A stretch of 64,000 nt of DNA, taken from assembly GCA_963740085.1 (NCBI GenBank), contig CAVUCU010000003.1, positions 96,001-160,000 on the forward strand. The letters run 5' to 3'. Origin of the DNA: Nitrospirota bacterium. Lineage in GTDB: Bacteria; Nitrospirota; UBA9217. The notes below the pieces were generated by a model that was given only the letters and a program-made list of their open reading frames with translations, did not search any database and was not told the DNA's origin. Positions 49,244 through 61,598 of this stretch are shown here, piece by piece; position 1 is the stretch's first letter; every line of letters begins with the position of its first letter. A program made the translations under genes and the position numbers.

Positions 49244-50605
49244 ATGCAAGATCAGGCAAGACTACTCATCATCGATGACGAACGGATCGCGCTCAGAAAC
49301 CTCGAGCATGTTATGAAGAAGGAAGGCTACGACGTGACAAGCACGCAGAGCGGGCCGAATGCGCTCAAGCTGCTCGATGAGCAGCAGTTCGACGTGGTGC
49401 TCACGGACCTGCGCATGGAAAAGGTGGACGGCATGCAGATCCTGAAAAGGACCCGCGAGTTCTACCCGGACACGGAAGTGATCATGATCACCGGTTATGC
49501 CACGCTCGACTCGGCAGTCGAGACCATGAAGCACGGCGCGTTCTACTACATCGCCAAGCCGTTCAGGCTTGAGGAAGTGCGCAAGGTCGTACAAGAGGCG
49601 GTGAACAAGGTCCGGCTTAAAACCGAGAACCGCCATCTCCGGGAACAGCTTGAGACCTACCAGGGCAAGGTCAAGATCGTCACCCAGGACCCGACCATGC
49701 TGAAACTGCTCGACACCGCGCACCAGATCGCGCCCACGGACTGCAACGTGCTCATCACGGGCGAGAGCGGGACGGGTAAGGAACTCTTTGCGCGGTTCAT
49801 CCACCTGAACAGCGGCCGCGCCGGAGGGCCGTTCTTCGCCGTCAACTGCGGCGCCTTTAACGAGGAGCTTTTATCGAACGAGCTCTTCGGCCACGAAAAA
49901 GGCGCCTTCACCGGCGCGAACAACGCGAAAAAAGGGATCATCGAAATGGCCTCGGCAGGCACGCTCTTTCTCGATGAGATCACCGAGATGCCGCCATCGA
50001 TGCAGGTGAAACTCCTTCGTGTCATTCAGGAAAAGGAGGTCCTGCGCGTCGGCGGCACCGAATCGCTCAAAGTGGACGTGCGGTTCATTGCCGCGACGAA
50101 CCGGGATATCCATGATTCCATGAAGACCGGCGCCTTCCGCCAGGACCTCTACTTCAGGCTGAACGTGATCTCGATCCGGATCCCGCCTCTCGCAGAACGC
50201 AAAGACGACATCCCCCTGCTCTGCTACTATTTTTTAAAGAAATACGATGTGCTGATGAAAAAAACCGTGGCCGAGATCAGCGAGGAAGTGCTCGCACTGC
50301 TCATGAACTATGACTTCCCCGGGAATGTGCGGGAACTTGAGAACATCATCGAACGCGGAGTGGCGCTCACGAATGGCGGCGCTATCGAGACCGGCCATCT
50401 GCCCGAGGACCTGCGGGAACTCAGCATCAAGACCTTCCGGAAGAAGGAGGGCAGGATACCGTCGCTCGATGAGCAGGAACAGACATATATCCAGTGGGTG
50501 CTCGGCGAGGTCGGCGGAAACAGGACCCTTGCGGCCCAGATACTCGGCATCGACCGGGTCTCGCTCTGGAGAAAGCTGAAGAAGTACGGGCTGGACGCGG
50601 AATGA
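49244..50605 (+). CDS. sigma54-dependent response regulator (NtrC family)
   Basis: REC domain, GESGTGKE, GAFTGA, PGNVRELEN and HTH. Confidence 0.95.
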   Translation: MQDQARLLIIDDERIALRNLEHVMKKEGYDVTSTQSGPNALKLLDEQQFDVVLTDLRMEKVDGMQILKRTREFYPDTEVIMITGYATLDSAVETMKHGAFYYIAKPFRLEEVRKVVQEAVNKVRLKTENRHLREQLETYQGKVKIVTQDPTMLKLLDTAHQIAPTDCNVLITGESGTGKELFARFIHLNSGRAGGPFFAVNCGAFNEELLSNELFGHEKGAFTGANNAKKGIIEMASAGTLFLDEITEMPPSMQVKLLRVIQEKEVLRVGGTESLKVDVRFIAATNRDIHDSMKTGAFRQDLYFRLNVISIRIPPLAERKDDIPLLCYYFLKKYDVLMKKTVAEISEEVLALLMNYDFPGNVRELENIIERGVALTNGGAIETGHLPEDLRELSIKTFRKKEGRIPSLDEQEQTYIQWVLGEVGGNRTLAAQILGIDRVSLWRKLKKYGLDAE

Positions 50606-50910
50606 CCCGTTTTTCGGCGGGCCCGGCCAATTCCTTTCTCTCTTTTTTCCTCACGCTGCAACGGTCCCGCCTTTGCGGCAAACACTATCAAGGATTTTGT
50701 CGAAATACGGGAATTTGCACCTTTTCATTCTGCTTGTGAAATAATTGACCATCCGGAAATCGCGCGGGCTGGCGACCTATTGGATGGAACGATCTCAATA
50801 AAAATTAGCCTGCCCAGTGCCAGAAGCCGTTGCCGGTTTCTCCCTCTTCAATGAAGAACTTATCATCAAGGGGAACAACGCATTTATGACAAATTCGCAA
50901 AAGAGTATCT

Positions 50911-50997
50911 TTTAGCCACAGAAGTCTCAAAGGGCTCAGAGAAATGCTTTGGGTTTTTAAGATCTTCCTTTGTGTTTTCCGTGCATTTTGTGGCAAA
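50911..50997. repeat. 9-mer-periodic imperfect palindrome
   Basis: GCCACAGAAGT CTCAAAGGG CTCAGAG ... CTTTGTG TTTTCCGTG CATTTTGTGGC. Confidence 0.6.
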
Positions 50998-51022
50998 TCT
51001 TGACTTATTACGATTCCATCAT

Positions 51023-52024
51023 TTATGGATTACTCAAATTCAGCGGAATCGATGTTCCGTTGGACAGGAGATAATTTCCGGTTGCCCCCAGGATCTTGAC
51101 ACTGCCGTTACAAACGGATTTGAAAGAGAACGCCGCCGTTGCAAGAATCGTTTGCGAGGAAGTCGACGACACTTCATTGAGCACGGCCAGGCCTGAGACC
51201 GGATTGAGGACGCACTCCGGTCCCATCACCACCTTGGCCATCCCAAGTTGCAGGACGGACACCGAACCGGAGCTTACATCGACATACTGGCCTCCTCCGC
51301 TAATACTGTACGTGTCGTCTGAAAAAACACCGGGAGTGCCGCCATCATCCACGTTGATGATCCAGGCATCCATTTTGAGATTTACGGAAGGATCGGTCGA
51401 GGGCGTGACCGTAAGCAAGCCTAACGTGGCTTGTTTTTGCTGAGACGTCAAGGTTGCAGGATCAGCGGCCCCGGTCGAAACATCGACATCCACATTCGCA
51501 TAGACGATTTCCAAAAGGCCGGACGAGGTCCTGGTGACCGGAAACGCGGCGATATAGTGAACGGGATACAGGCCGCTCCCCGCAACCATGTTGGTGAAAG
51601 AGACGGTGAGGATCGCCGTATCTGATGAATCCCATAACCCGGTGACAATGATATTCCCATAAGACACAAATTGCAGTGGCAATGTGGAGCTGTCCACGGC
51701 AATCGTCACCACGGAGACACAGGGATATGACAAGCAGGTATTCGTTGCCGACGCGTTAGCCGGCGGTGTACCATTGACGGTCGCCATGGCAACAGAAGCG
51801 GCATAGGCCAGGGGAAGCGTCGTTCTTACCACAGCCTTCATCGGTTCTCCGCTGGGATCTTTGAAATTGCTCTTATAGTCGGAAACGCTGTCACCTTTGC
51901 TGCATCCGCCAAGCGCCAGCATGAATCCGAACACAATGCCTGATATAATCATGACTGTCCGCAAGCGATGCCTTTCCTGCCGTTGAGGGCGCCAAAAAAT
52001 AACTTTGCCAGCGAAGAGAAGCAT
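51023..52024 (-). CDS. hypothetical lipoprotein
   Basis: Hydrophobic stretch ending LGGC; beta-rich with paired Cys. Start may be 51952. Confidence 0.7.
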   Translation of the reverse strand: MLLFAGKVIFWRPQRQERHRLRTVMIISGIVFGFMLALGGCSKGDSVSDYKSNFKDPSGEPMKAVVRTTLPLAYAASVAMATVNGTPPANASATNTCLSYPCVSVVTIAVDSSTLPLQFVSYGNIIVTGLWDSSDTAILTVSFTNMVAGSGLYPVHYIAAFPVTRTSSGLLEIVYANVDVDVSTGAADPATLTSQQKQATLGLLTVTPSTDPSVNLKMDAWIINVDDGGTPGVFSDDTYSISGGGQYVDVSSGSVSVLQLGMAKVVMGPECVLNPVSGLAVLNEVSSTSSQTILATAAFSFKSVCNGSVKILGATGNYLLSNGTSIPLNLSNP

Positions 52025-52116
52025 TTCCCGCCTCCATGTGAATGTTTGCTTAATGAGCAGTAGAGTAATTTTATTGCGTACTTTCTCTCACGATAGAACG
52101 CCGGCCAAATAACCGG

Positions 52117-52713
52117 TCAATGGGAAGGGAAGTACTTATTCACGGCTTCTCGTACCTCCTGCAGCCATTCGTCCCTCCGTTGGGGCGTGCTGGTGACAAT
52201 GACTCCGAACGTTTTCCGATGAACATCCGTGACGCCGCAGAGACCGAAGATGCAATTCTTCCAGATCGTCTCGAGCGGATCTCCAAAAAACTGTATTTCT
52301 CGCTCGGCTTGCGTATTGGATGTATTAAAAACGAGAGCCGCCGTTGCCTTCAATAAGCCCCTTGGCACGCCTTCGCCGGCGTCCCCTTCCATGAATTCAT
52401 ATGCCACGCCCGGCCGGATGACCCGGTCGATCCATCCTTTCAAAATAGCCGGCGGCTGGCCCCACCAGTTCGGATGGATGATTATGATTCCATCGGCAGC
52501 GGCAAGCTCATCGCAATAGCGTTGTATCGCGGCGTCGAGGGGAGCCTCCTTGGGAAGTTCCGCGGCGGAAAGCGCTGGATCGAACCGTTCCGTATAGAGG
52601 TCGTGGAAGAGGGCCCGGTGTCCGTTCTCCCGAAGGGTCGCGATAACGTTGGCTGCAATGGCATGATTGAAACTCTCTTTGTTAGGATGTGCGAGAATGA
52701 CCGGGATGTTCAT
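52117..52713 (-). CDS. flavodoxin-fold NAD(P)H dehydrogenase (quinone) family
   Basis: AHP...SFN, DLY...FDP and PNWWGQPPAILKGWIDRV motifs. Confidence 0.9.
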   Translation of the reverse strand: MNIPVILAHPNKESFNHAIAANVIATLRENGHRALFHDLYTERFDPALSAAELPKEAPLDAAIQRYCDELAAADGIIIIHPNWWGQPPAILKGWIDRVIRPGVAYEFMEGDAGEGVPRGLLKATAALVFNTSNTQAEREIQFFGDPLETIWKNCIFGLCGVTDVHRKTFGVIVTSTPQRRDEWLQEVREAVNKYFPSH

Positions 52714-52832
52714 CGTTACGTCCTGTCCATGCCATCGAAAAATAACGGGGGTCATCGTTACAAAGACTCCCTGTCAAGTGAAATAACCCACCAAAGGTCA
52801 AGATTGATGCCTTGCGTAACTCACCGGTGCCC

Positions 52833-53912
52833 CTATGACGACGCTTCCTGATGCTGTTCGAAGATCTCCTCAAATGCCGGTGCGGTCTCCTTGAACGCCT
52901 TGAGCACAGCGGGGTCGAAGTGTCCGGGCAGGGTCCTTCCGTCGCCCTCGGTGATGATCTTGTACGCCTTCTCGTGGTCAAAATCCGGTTTATAGGGTCG
53001 TCGGCTCCGCAGGGCGTCATACTGGTCGACGAGCATGACGATCCTCCCCTCAAGGGGGGTCTCCTCTCCCTTGAGCCCCCGCGGATAGCCGCCTCCGTCC
53101 CACCGTTCGTGATGGTTCAATGTGATGGCGGCAGCCATCTGGATGTTGGGGTAGGCTGATTTGGACAGTATCCTTTCGCCGATGGTCGTGTGTGACTTCA
53201 TCGTTTCAAATTCTTCACGCGTCAAAGGCCCCGGTTTCAGCAGGATGCTGTCGGCGATCCCGATCTTCCCGATGTCATGCACCTGGCTGGCAAAGGTTAT
53301 TGCCTCGACAAAATCCACGTCCAGGTCCATGCCTTCGGCGAGCCTGCTTGAATAGAACCCTATCCGCGCGATATGGGCGCCCGTGTCCGTATCCCTCAAT
53401 TCTGCGGCTGCCGTCAACTTCTGCACGATTTCGTTGCTCATGTTTTTGAGTTCCCTGAAAGCCTCATCGAGCTCCAGCGTCCTTCTCCTGACCTCCTCTT
53501 CCAGGTTCTCGTTGTGCCTGAGCAAAAAGTCCTGTGATGCCTTGATTTCCAGGAGGTTCTTCACGCGCAGTGTCAGCTCCGACCGGTCAATGGGCTTGGA
53601 AAGGAAATCGTTCGCGCCGGCCTCAAGGCCCTTGAGCTTCGATTCCCGGTCATGCAAGGCCGTGACCATGATGATCGGAGTGTTCGCCGTTTCAAGGTTG
53701 GCCTTCATGCGCCTGCACGCCTCGTACCCGTCCATGACCGGCATCATGATGTCGAGAATAACGAGATCGGGCCGGTACTCACTGCTCTTCTGAACCGCTT
53801 CCGCGCCGTTGGAAGCCGTTTCAATAACGTACCCCATGGAAACAAGCCAGTTGACAAGCAGTTTGACATTCGGTTCCTCATCATCCACGATCAGGATCTT
53901 TTCATTGCTCAT
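52833..53912 (-). CDS. REC-HD-GYP c-di-GMP phosphodiesterase (RpfG-like)
   Basis: REC domain; [18 protein letters not shown] and RPYK motifs. Confidence 0.92.
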   Translation of the reverse strand: MSNEKILIVDDEEPNVKLLVNWLVSMGYVIETASNGAEAVQKSSEYRPDLVILDIMMPVMDGYEACRRMKANLETANTPIIMVTALHDRESKLKGLEAGANDFLSKPIDRSELTLRVKNLLEIKASQDFLLRHNENLEEEVRRRTLELDEAFRELKNMSNEIVQKLTAAAELRDTDTGAHIARIGFYSSRLAEGMDLDVDFVEAITFASQVHDIGKIGIADSILLKPGPLTREEFETMKSHTTIGERILSKSAYPNIQMAAAITLNHHERWDGGGYPRGLKGEETPLEGRIVMLVDQYDALRSRRPYKPDFDHEKAYKIITEGDGRTLPGHFDPAVLKAFKETAPAFEEIFEQHQEASS

Positions 53913-56900
53913 CTATCCAGCACCTCCCTCACCTTTCTCAAAAGCTCTTTAGGGGCAAAGGGTTTGCGCATCACTTCCATCCCCGCCTCGATCTCCATTC
54001 TGCTGATCATGTCCATGGTGTAGCCGCTCAGAAAGAACGCCCTGACCCCGGGACTTATCGCCTTGATCTCCTCATACGCCTCTTTCCCGCTCTTCTTCGG
54101 CATAACCAGATCGAGAATGACAAGCTGGATGCGGTCTTTGTTCTCCCGGTATTTCGTCACCGCTTCATCCCCGTCCTCGGCGATGATGACATTATAACCA
54201 AAGGACTCCAGGATGAGTCTTGTCAGTGTCCTCAATGAGGGATCGTCCTCGGCCACAAAGATGGTCTCCGTGCCTCCTTTTACGCCGTCGGGGGCCTCGA
54301 TCTGTGCGCCGGATGCGCCCTTGTCTTCGATGAGCGGCAGATAGATCTTAAACGCGGTGCCTTTTCCTGTTTCGCTGTAGCACCGTATGTAGCCGTTGTG
54401 CTTTTTTACGATCTCATAGGTGATGGCAAGTCCGAGTCCCGTCCCCTCGCCGATCCCTTTCGTGGTAAAAAAGGGCTCGAAGATCTTCTTCTGTGTTTCG
54501 GCATCGATCCCTTTGCCGGTGTCGGCAATGACAATCAACGCATACGCGCCGACTTTGCCGTATCCGTAGGCGGCTATGTAGTCATCATCCATGTGCGCGG
54601 TTTCGGTCGTGATCATAAGGTGTCCGCCTTTGGGCATGGCGTCACGCGCGTTCGTTGCCAGGTTCATAAGCACCTGTTCGATCTGCGAACTGTCGGCCAT
54701 GACCGTCAGGGGCCTGTCGACAAGGTCAACGCGCAGATCGATATCCTCGCCTATGACCCGACTGAGCATCTTTTTGATGCCGGAGATGATCCCATTCACC
54801 TCAACCGGCTTCACCTCCGCAACCTGTTTTCGGCTGAAGAGCAGCAGCTGCTTGGTAAGCACTGCGGCCCGCTCGGCAGCGGCGAGCACCTCATGCATCT
54901 GTTCGCGTGAAGGGCTCCCGGGCGAGAGGTCTTCCATTATCATGCCCCCGTACCCGATGATCACGTTCAGGATGTTGTTGAAATCATGTGCCACGCCACC
55001 CGCAAGCTGGCCGATGGCTTCCATCTTTTGCGCGTGCCGAAGCTGATCTTCAAGTTTGCGGTGCTCTACTTCCTTCTGTTTACGAGCGGTGATGTCCTCA
55101 TAGATGCCCAGTATGCCGATGACCCTTCCAGCGTCATTGTGCATCGGCACCTTGAAGGTGCGCAGCCAGATGGTTTGCCCGTCGGGCGTAGTTTGCGGCT
55201 CTTCGAATCCAATCTTCTGTTTGTCGGAATCCATCACCTGCTTGTCGTCGGCACGGTATAGTTCGGCCTGTTTACTCCAGGCCATCTGAAAGTCATCCTT
55301 GCCGATCAAATCCTCCGGGCGCGATAATCCCGCATCGCGCGCAAATGCCGTATTACAGCCAAGATAGCGCAATTCGGCATCCTTCCAGAACACACGCAGA
55401 GGGGCGTTTTCCACGATTGAGCTGAGTATGTTCCGCGACTCAATGATCGACATCTCCGTCCGCTTTCGTTCGGTAATGTTGTCGAAAACCGCGACAAAAT
55501 ACTCCTTTTCCGTGCTATATACGGAGATCGCGAGCCAGCCGCCGAAAGACTCTGAAAATGTTTCGAACTGCTCCGCTTTGCCGGTCAAAGCGACCCTGCC
55601 GTAGATTACGAACAGCTCCGGCAGAGACTCTTGTATACCCGGGATCACTTCCGAAACTTTTTTCCCGATGACGTCCTTCAAGCCGGTCAATTTTTCGAAT
55701 GCGTCATTTACCTCGAGATAAATAAAGTCCCGGGGGACATCATTTTCGAACAGCATCCTGCAATACGCAAATCCTTCGAGCATGTTCTCGAACAGCAGAC
55801 GAAAGCGTTTTTCGCTCTTCCGCAGCGCGGTTTCCGCTTCATCTTGCGCCGTCCTGAGCCGGATCGCGTCAATCCCATAGGATAGATCTGCAGCCAGGTC
55901 GGAAAGCAATCTCACTTCACTCTCGGAGAACGGGTCCTGTTCCCGGGAGTATATATTCAAAGCGCCGAAGGCCTTCCCGTCTTTAAGCAGAGGAATGGCG
56001 ATCACGGAGGCATATCCGCGTTTGAGAGCTTGTTCCCGCCACGGCGCGAATATGGGATCGGCTAATATATTGCGGGACAATAACGGCTTGCCCGTCCTGA
56101 TCGCCGTGCCGGTCGGTCCCCTGCCCCGTTCGGTATCCGCCCACGTTATCTTCGCGGATTCAAGGTAGCCCTCTTCAAAACCGGCGTAGGCGACCGGTCT
56201 GACCGTTTTCCCCTCATCGTTTTGAGCATAACCGATCCAGACCAGGGCATAACCGCAATCCTCAACGATGACCCGGCAAGCCTCGTTCAGATACCCGCGT
56301 TCATCACTGGCGGTCATCATGGCCTTGCTGCTTCTGCTCTTCGCCTTCAATATCCTGTTCAGACCCCTGAGTTCCTCCTCGGCCTCCTTACGTTCCGTGA
56401 TATCCGTCCATACGCCTACGGCCTGTATCGGTCTGCCGGTCGCATCGCGCACTACGCGGCTGTTATCTTCGATCCAGTGGTACGCGCCATCCTTGCCGCG
56501 GATCCGGTATTCCGTTGAGTAACCTGGACCCTTCATTCCCTCGCTAACCACTGCCAGGATGCGGTCGCGGTCTTCCGGGTGCAGGACTTCCAACCACCAA
56601 TCATATCGACAGACATCGGGCGCGTTGTAGCCCAACAACCGTTGAATATTATCGCTGACGAACACGGGGGTCAGGCTCTGCCCGTCGATCTTGAGGCTGT
56701 AGATCACCGCCGGAGTGTGCTCCAGCAAATGGAGCAACTTATCATGCGTCTCACGTAATTGCGGCTCAACCTGATAGTGATCGCTTCTCTCATCGGCTTC
56801 CTTCAGCGCCCTGCGCACCGCAGGCGCAAGACGGAACAGTTTGGACTTGATCACATAATCCGTTGCGCCTTTTTTCACGGCTTCGATGACAACGTCTTCA

Positions 56901-57166
56901 CCGATGGTCCCGGAGATGAAGATAAAAGGCACGTCCGGACATTTTTCCAGTGAAACAGCGAGCGCCGACATGCCATCGAACGAAGGCAGGGTATAATCGG
57001 CCAGGACGAGATCGACGCCGCCCCGGTCAAGGGCCGCGATGAAGTCCGCTCTGTTGTCAACGCGGTGGATTTCGCAGTCAACACCCTCCTCGTTCAGCCT
57101 TTCCCGAATGAGCTCTGTGTCATTCGGGCTGTCTTCGAGAATGAGAATATTAAGCTTCTCGTTCAT
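53909..57166 (-). CDS. hybrid histidine kinase REC-PAS-GAF-PAS-PAS-HisKA-HATPase-REC
   Basis: DITERK PAC ends, GRGPTG GAF motif, AHDFNN, GTGLGL and a C-terminal REC. Confidence 0.92.
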   Translation of the reverse strand: MNEKLNILILEDSPNDTELIRERLNEEGVDCEIHRVDNRADFIAALDRGGVDLVLADYTLPSFDGMSALAVSLEKCPDVPFIFISGTIGEDVVIEAVKKGATDYVIKSKLFRLAPAVRRALKEADERSDHYQVEPQLRETHDKLLHLLEHTPAVIYSLKIDGQSLTPVFVSDNIQRLLGYNAPDVCRYDWWLEVLHPEDRDRILAVVSEGMKGPGYSTEYRIRGKDGAYHWIEDNSRVVRDATGRPIQAVGVWTDITERKEAEEELRGLNRILKAKSRSSKAMMTASDERGYLNEACRVIVEDCGYALVWIGYAQNDEGKTVRPVAYAGFEEGYLESAKITWADTERGRGPTGTAIRTGKPLLSRNILADPIFAPWREQALKRGYASVIAIPLLKDGKAFGALNIYSREQDPFSESEVRLLSDLAADLSYGIDAIRLRTAQDEAETALRKSEKRFRLLFENMLEGFAYCRMLFENDVPRDFIYLEVNDAFEKLTGLKDVIGKKVSEVIPGIQESLPELFVIYGRVALTGKAEQFETFSESFGGWLAISVYSTEKEYFVAVFDNITERKRTEMSIIESRNILSSIVENAPLRVFWKDAELRYLGCNTAFARDAGLSRPEDLIGKDDFQMAWSKQAELYRADDKQVMDSDKQKIGFEEPQTTPDGQTIWLRTFKVPMHNDAGRVIGILGIYEDITARKQKEVEHRKLEDQLRHAQKMEAIGQLAGGVAHDFNNILNVIIGYGGMIMEDLSPGSPSREQMHEVLAAAERAAVLTKQLLLFSRKQVAEVKPVEVNGIISGIKKMLSRVIGEDIDLRVDLVDRPLTVMADSSQIEQVLMNLATNARDAMPKGGHLMITTETAHMDDDYIAAYGYGKVGAYALIVIADTGKGIDAETQKKIFEPFFTTKGIGEGTGLGLAITYEIVKKHNGYIRCYSETGKGTAFKIYLPLIEDKGASGAQIEAPDGVKGGTETIFVAEDDPSLRTLTRLILESFGYNVIIAEDGDEAVTKYRENKDRIQLVILDLVMPKKSGKEAYEEIKAISPGVRAFFLSGYTMDMISRMEIEAGMEVMRKPFAPKELLRKVREVLDR

Positions 57167-57177
57167 GCCTGCTCTCC

Positions 57178-57623
57178 CTACTTGATGATCTCAGGCGGTG
57201 CTTCGTTAAAAACCGCCCAGAATGCGCCGAACGTTTTCATCGCATCGATGAATTCATGGAAATCCACAGGCTTGACCGCGAGCGTTCGCGCCGTTGCGGT
57301 AACCCTGCTCCAGGTCCCGCTCTTCCCGCGAGGACGTCAGGATCACACGGGAATGAACTTCAGTTTGTCGTCGGCCCTGACCCGTCTCAGCACTTCATGG
57401 CCGTCCACTTTCGGGAGCTTCAGGTCGAGAAGGATCACACCGGATTGCCGGGGGCACGGGAGGCGAATTTTCCCCGCCGGTAGAGGTAATCGAGGGCCTC
57501 TTCCCCGTCGCGGGCAACTTCGACGCCGTTCGCGAGATTATGCGCCGCAAGCGCTTCAAGCGTTAGTTCCAGATCATTCGGGTTGTCTTCCGCCAGCAGT
57601 ATTCTCTTCAAGTTAGTGGTCAT
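57178..57623 (-). pseudogene. Rcp1-like response regulator with several frameshifts
   Basis: [20 protein letters not shown] and FWAVFNEAPP fall in different frames. Confidence 0.8.
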
Positions 57624-59550
57624 ATGCTTTCCTCCTTGTTTTGGGGAGCGAGAACCGGATGGTAGCGCCTTCGTTTACGACACCTTCAGCCCACGTTCTC
57701 CCCGTGTCTATGGATAACCCGCCGTACATTGGCAAGGCCCACACCGGTCCCTTCGAAATCCTCGGGCTGGTGCAGACGCTGAAAAATATTAAAAAGCTTA
57801 TCCACATATTTCATATCGAATCCCACTCCGTTGTCCCTGACATATACTACCATTTCCCCATCCGTGTCAGAGGATTCGCATCCCACTTCGATCGTGGCCT
57901 TCGGGCGCGAACGAGTGAACTTGAGAGAATTTGAAAGAAGGTTCACGAACACGAGCTTCAGCATTGCAGGATCGCCCTCCACTTCCGGCAGTTCCCTGAT
58001 GTCCCAATCGATGGTTCTCCCCTTGCTGTCCTCTTTCAAATCGTGCAACGCATCATCTACAACGGTCCTTAGTTTCACCCGCGTTGCCATCATCTCGGTC
58101 CGTCCCATGCGCGAAAAGGTCAGCAGATCGTCCACAAGCCTTCCCATGTGCCTGGCCGCTGTCGATATTACCTCCAGATAATGACGGCTCTTTTCATCGA
58201 GCGTCATGGTGCGCTTATTCAGCAGATCGACAAAGCCGGTCATGTGCCGAAGCGGGGCACGGAGGTCGTGAGAGACCGAATAGCTGAAGGCCTCCAGTTC
58301 CTTATTAGCGACTTCCAGCTGGGCGGTTCGATCGTGAACGCGCTGTTCAAGCTCTTCATTCAGCTTATTGATTTTTTCCTCTGTTTGTTTGCGTTCGGTG
58401 ATGTCGCGCGTTACTTTTGAGAACCCGCGCAACCGTCCACCCCGATCTCTTAAAGCCGTTATGATCACGTTCGCCCAGAACCGGGACCGATCCTTCCGCA
58501 GCCGCCAGCCCTCGTCCTCGAAACGCCCGGCAGTAATCGCTTCTTGTAAATCCTGTTGTGGTTTGCCAAGTGCAATGTCTTCCCGAGAGTAAAAGTAATT
58601 AAAATTCTTGCCGATGATTTCATTTTCGCGATACCCCTTGATGATCTCGGCCCCCGAATTCCAGCTCACTACGTTCCGTCCGGGTCAAGCATGAATATTG
58701 CGTAATCGCTTACCCCTTCTATCAACAGGCGGAAACGGTCCTCACTCTCACGAAGCGCCTTCTCCGCCCGGACACGCTCTGTGATTTCCTTTTGCATATT
58801 ATCTATTGAAGTGTATGATTTCTTCAACCTCGCGGCCATTTCATTGCTCGCACGGGCGAGCTCCGAAAGTTCATCGTCCCCCTCTACTTCGATCCGATGA
58901 TCAAGGTTGCCGGACCGAGAATTCCGGCCTTCGCTCAGCGCAGTAATTCGTTTCGTAAAGATACTGTACACTGCATTGGAATTCGCGACAACGATTACAA
59001 CGACGCCGATAAAAAAGAAAACGATAAAAGCGTTTTCACGATCTCTCGCCCGTATGGCATTTTTCTGTTCTGCCTCGCGCATTCGCTTTATTGTGTCAGT
59101 CAATGCAGAGGCGTTTTGAAATACATGACTGAGCAACCTTGTCTCGGCCTCAGCAGAAAGAAGTTCCGCTCCCCCCTGGCGCTCATTTTTTTCGCGACTG
59201 TCAATGATCTTGTTGAACACGAGGACGGTTTGCACAAATTCTTCCCGCGCTTCTTCCAGCAACGCCTTCTCTCCCCTGTTCGTTAATAGCGTATCCGCCA
59301 GATCGATCAATTTTTCAAAATCTCCCGACTTGGCGATCCACTGGATCTGCGCTCGCGCCTCCTGATGCTGCAGATACTCATCCCTTAATATCGTCCTTTC
59401 AAAATGCATGGTCCGCATCTTTTCTACAAGACCTGTTTTTTTGTCCGCCTGGAGCACTTCCAAGTACGACCAAAGAAGAGAAAGCAATGCGATGAAAAGC
59501 ACGCCGAGGGAGATGTAGGAGTTAACTCTTAGCCTTGTCCTGATTTTCAT
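57613..59550 (-). pseudogene. HAMP-PAS histidine kinase with frameshifts
   Basis: ORFs 58669-59550 and 57686-58669; SHDLRAPL, FQRLH and GTGVGLA. The C-terminus is also shifted. Confidence 0.8.
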
Positions 59551-59563
59551 ACGTCATTATCCC

Positions 59564-60570
59564 CTACCGGATTATTCTGACCGCATCTGGTTTGACCGTC
59601 TGGAGGCCCTCAACATATATGAAGTCGAGGTAATTCGGAATGGTCCGGGCCGGGATCAGCCTGTTCTTTACCGCCCACCGCGACTGTTCCTCAAAGTTGA
59701 GAAGAAGGGCCTGGTCCAGTGTGACTCTAAGATTAAAGATATCCCATATCTCATCGAGGACAGGCTTGTCCGTTTTAATGAAATTTGCAACAAGCCGACG
59801 CGCCTCATCAGGCTTCTGCTTCGCGAATGTCTCGGCCTTGATAAGGGCGCGCAGGACTTTATTTACAGCTTCGGGATGCTTTTGAATATATTCTCGACTT
59901 CCTGCGAGGCAAAAGGTCTCGGTGTAAAACTCTCCACCATAAAAGGTTATCCTTGTTTCCGAGATCCCTGCCAAGTTGTCTCAAGGTGGGGTTCCATGTC
60001 GAGACGCGTCCACCTCCGTGTCGAGGGCCTCAGACATCTCATCCGGCTTCATGTCGATAAATCTGACCTGATCTCTTGACACCATGGACAAGAAGGAAGG
60101 AATCGGCAAAGAAATCCCCGTTGTGCGAACGTTACCCGATCTTTTTCCTTCAGATCAACGGGCTTCAAAATCCACCGGTCCTGCCTCGCAACAATGGCTT
60201 CATTCCTGCTGGCCCTCTGGATCACCGCGATCGTTGAGAGCATCTTCCGGCCATTATAGATAACAGAGAGGGGTATCTCCCACGGTCGCCAGGTCTGCCT
60301 TGCCCTCGATAACCGCATTGAGCGCTAATTTTCCGAAGAGATAGGACTGCGGCGTTGCAGCAGGCCTTCTTCTTTAAAATACTCATTTGCAAAGGCGATA
60401 TATACGAGGATGGCGTTCGATGCGGTCGAATAGGCAATGGTTATCTTTTCAGGCGGGCCAGACTGCCTTTGTGATGGTTTGCAGGCGCTGCTGAGGCAAA
60501 GGACCGTGACAACGGTCAAGATGGCGAGAGTCCTATAGAATAACTGTCTATTCCATCTGAATATTGACAT
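59564..60570 (-). pseudogene. NrtA/SsuA-type substrate-binding lipoprotein with several frameshifts
   Basis: LSAC-like lipobox region, YFKEEGL, ALIKAE.F and IPNYLDFIY spread across fragments. Confidence 0.7.
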
Positions 60571-60624
60571 TAGCCTCTCTCCTTTTGAATATTCGGACGT
60601 GTTGCGGGCTTCATTGTCCCTTTA

Positions 60625-61243
60625 TCAGTTTATCCAGTCCTCATAGGCCTTTTTCTCGCACGCGGGGCACAACCCATGCGAAAATTCAACCTCGGCATGC
60701 TCACTGATATAGCTCTCGATCTGGCTCCAGTATCCGTTGTCGCCCCTGATCTTCTTGCAGCTCGCGCAGATCGGGAGCAGTCGCGAATGCCTTTACCCGG
60801 GAAAGCGCTTCCCGGAGCTCCACGATGAGCCGTTCCCGTTCCTCTTCGGCTTTTTTGCGATCTTCCTTCTCTTTTACCTCAGCCAGGGCCCGTGTCACCG
60901 CCGGCGCAAGACGCGACAATTTGTCCTTCAAGACATAGTCCGTTGCACCGCTTTTCAGGGATCGATCGCCCGGTCTTCACCACTGGCCTGAGACGAACAG
61001 GAAGGGGATATCCGGACATTTCTCTTTGCAGATAGCGAGGGCTGACAGACCATCGAAGGAAGGGAGTTTATAATCGGCGAGGACCAGATCGAATGCTCCG
61101 CGTTCGACGGCGGAGGTAAAATCATCACGGGTTTCGACTCGCACGATCTCGCAGACAACTCCCTCGTCGCCGAGCTTTTCCCGGATAAGCTCGGCGTCGT
61201 TATTGCTGTCTTCCAGATGAATGATCCGTATCAATGAGCTCAA
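60625..61243 (-). pseudogene. response regulator with C-terminal CxxC...CxxC domain, frameshifted
   Basis: REC fragments plus CASCKKIR..GYWSQIESYI...FSHGLCPAC. Confidence 0.75.
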
Positions 61244-61598
61244 GTAAGCTCCGCGAGTATAACGTCAGAAGCGTGTCATCAGCCGGACGTCCTGTTGGAA
61301 TACTGAAGAAACCAGCCTTGCTCGAATATTTTTTTTACACTGCGATTGTTTTGGTTCTTTGAGGGTTGATGAGGTGAGAATGTTCACAACAGGTGTGCGT
61401 TACCGGCCAGGGGGGTGTATACTTTGTTACATGCCCGCATTCATATGACAATGTCCTTTATCCCAATCGATCACCGTTTTTACTTGAGAATAATTAAATA
61501 TATCATAGGAGGCTGTTTTTATCAAGCCGCATCTTCATCCGTGTCTTCATCCGCCTGATCCGTCGCGAATAATCCGCCCGATCCTTCCGTAAGTCTCG

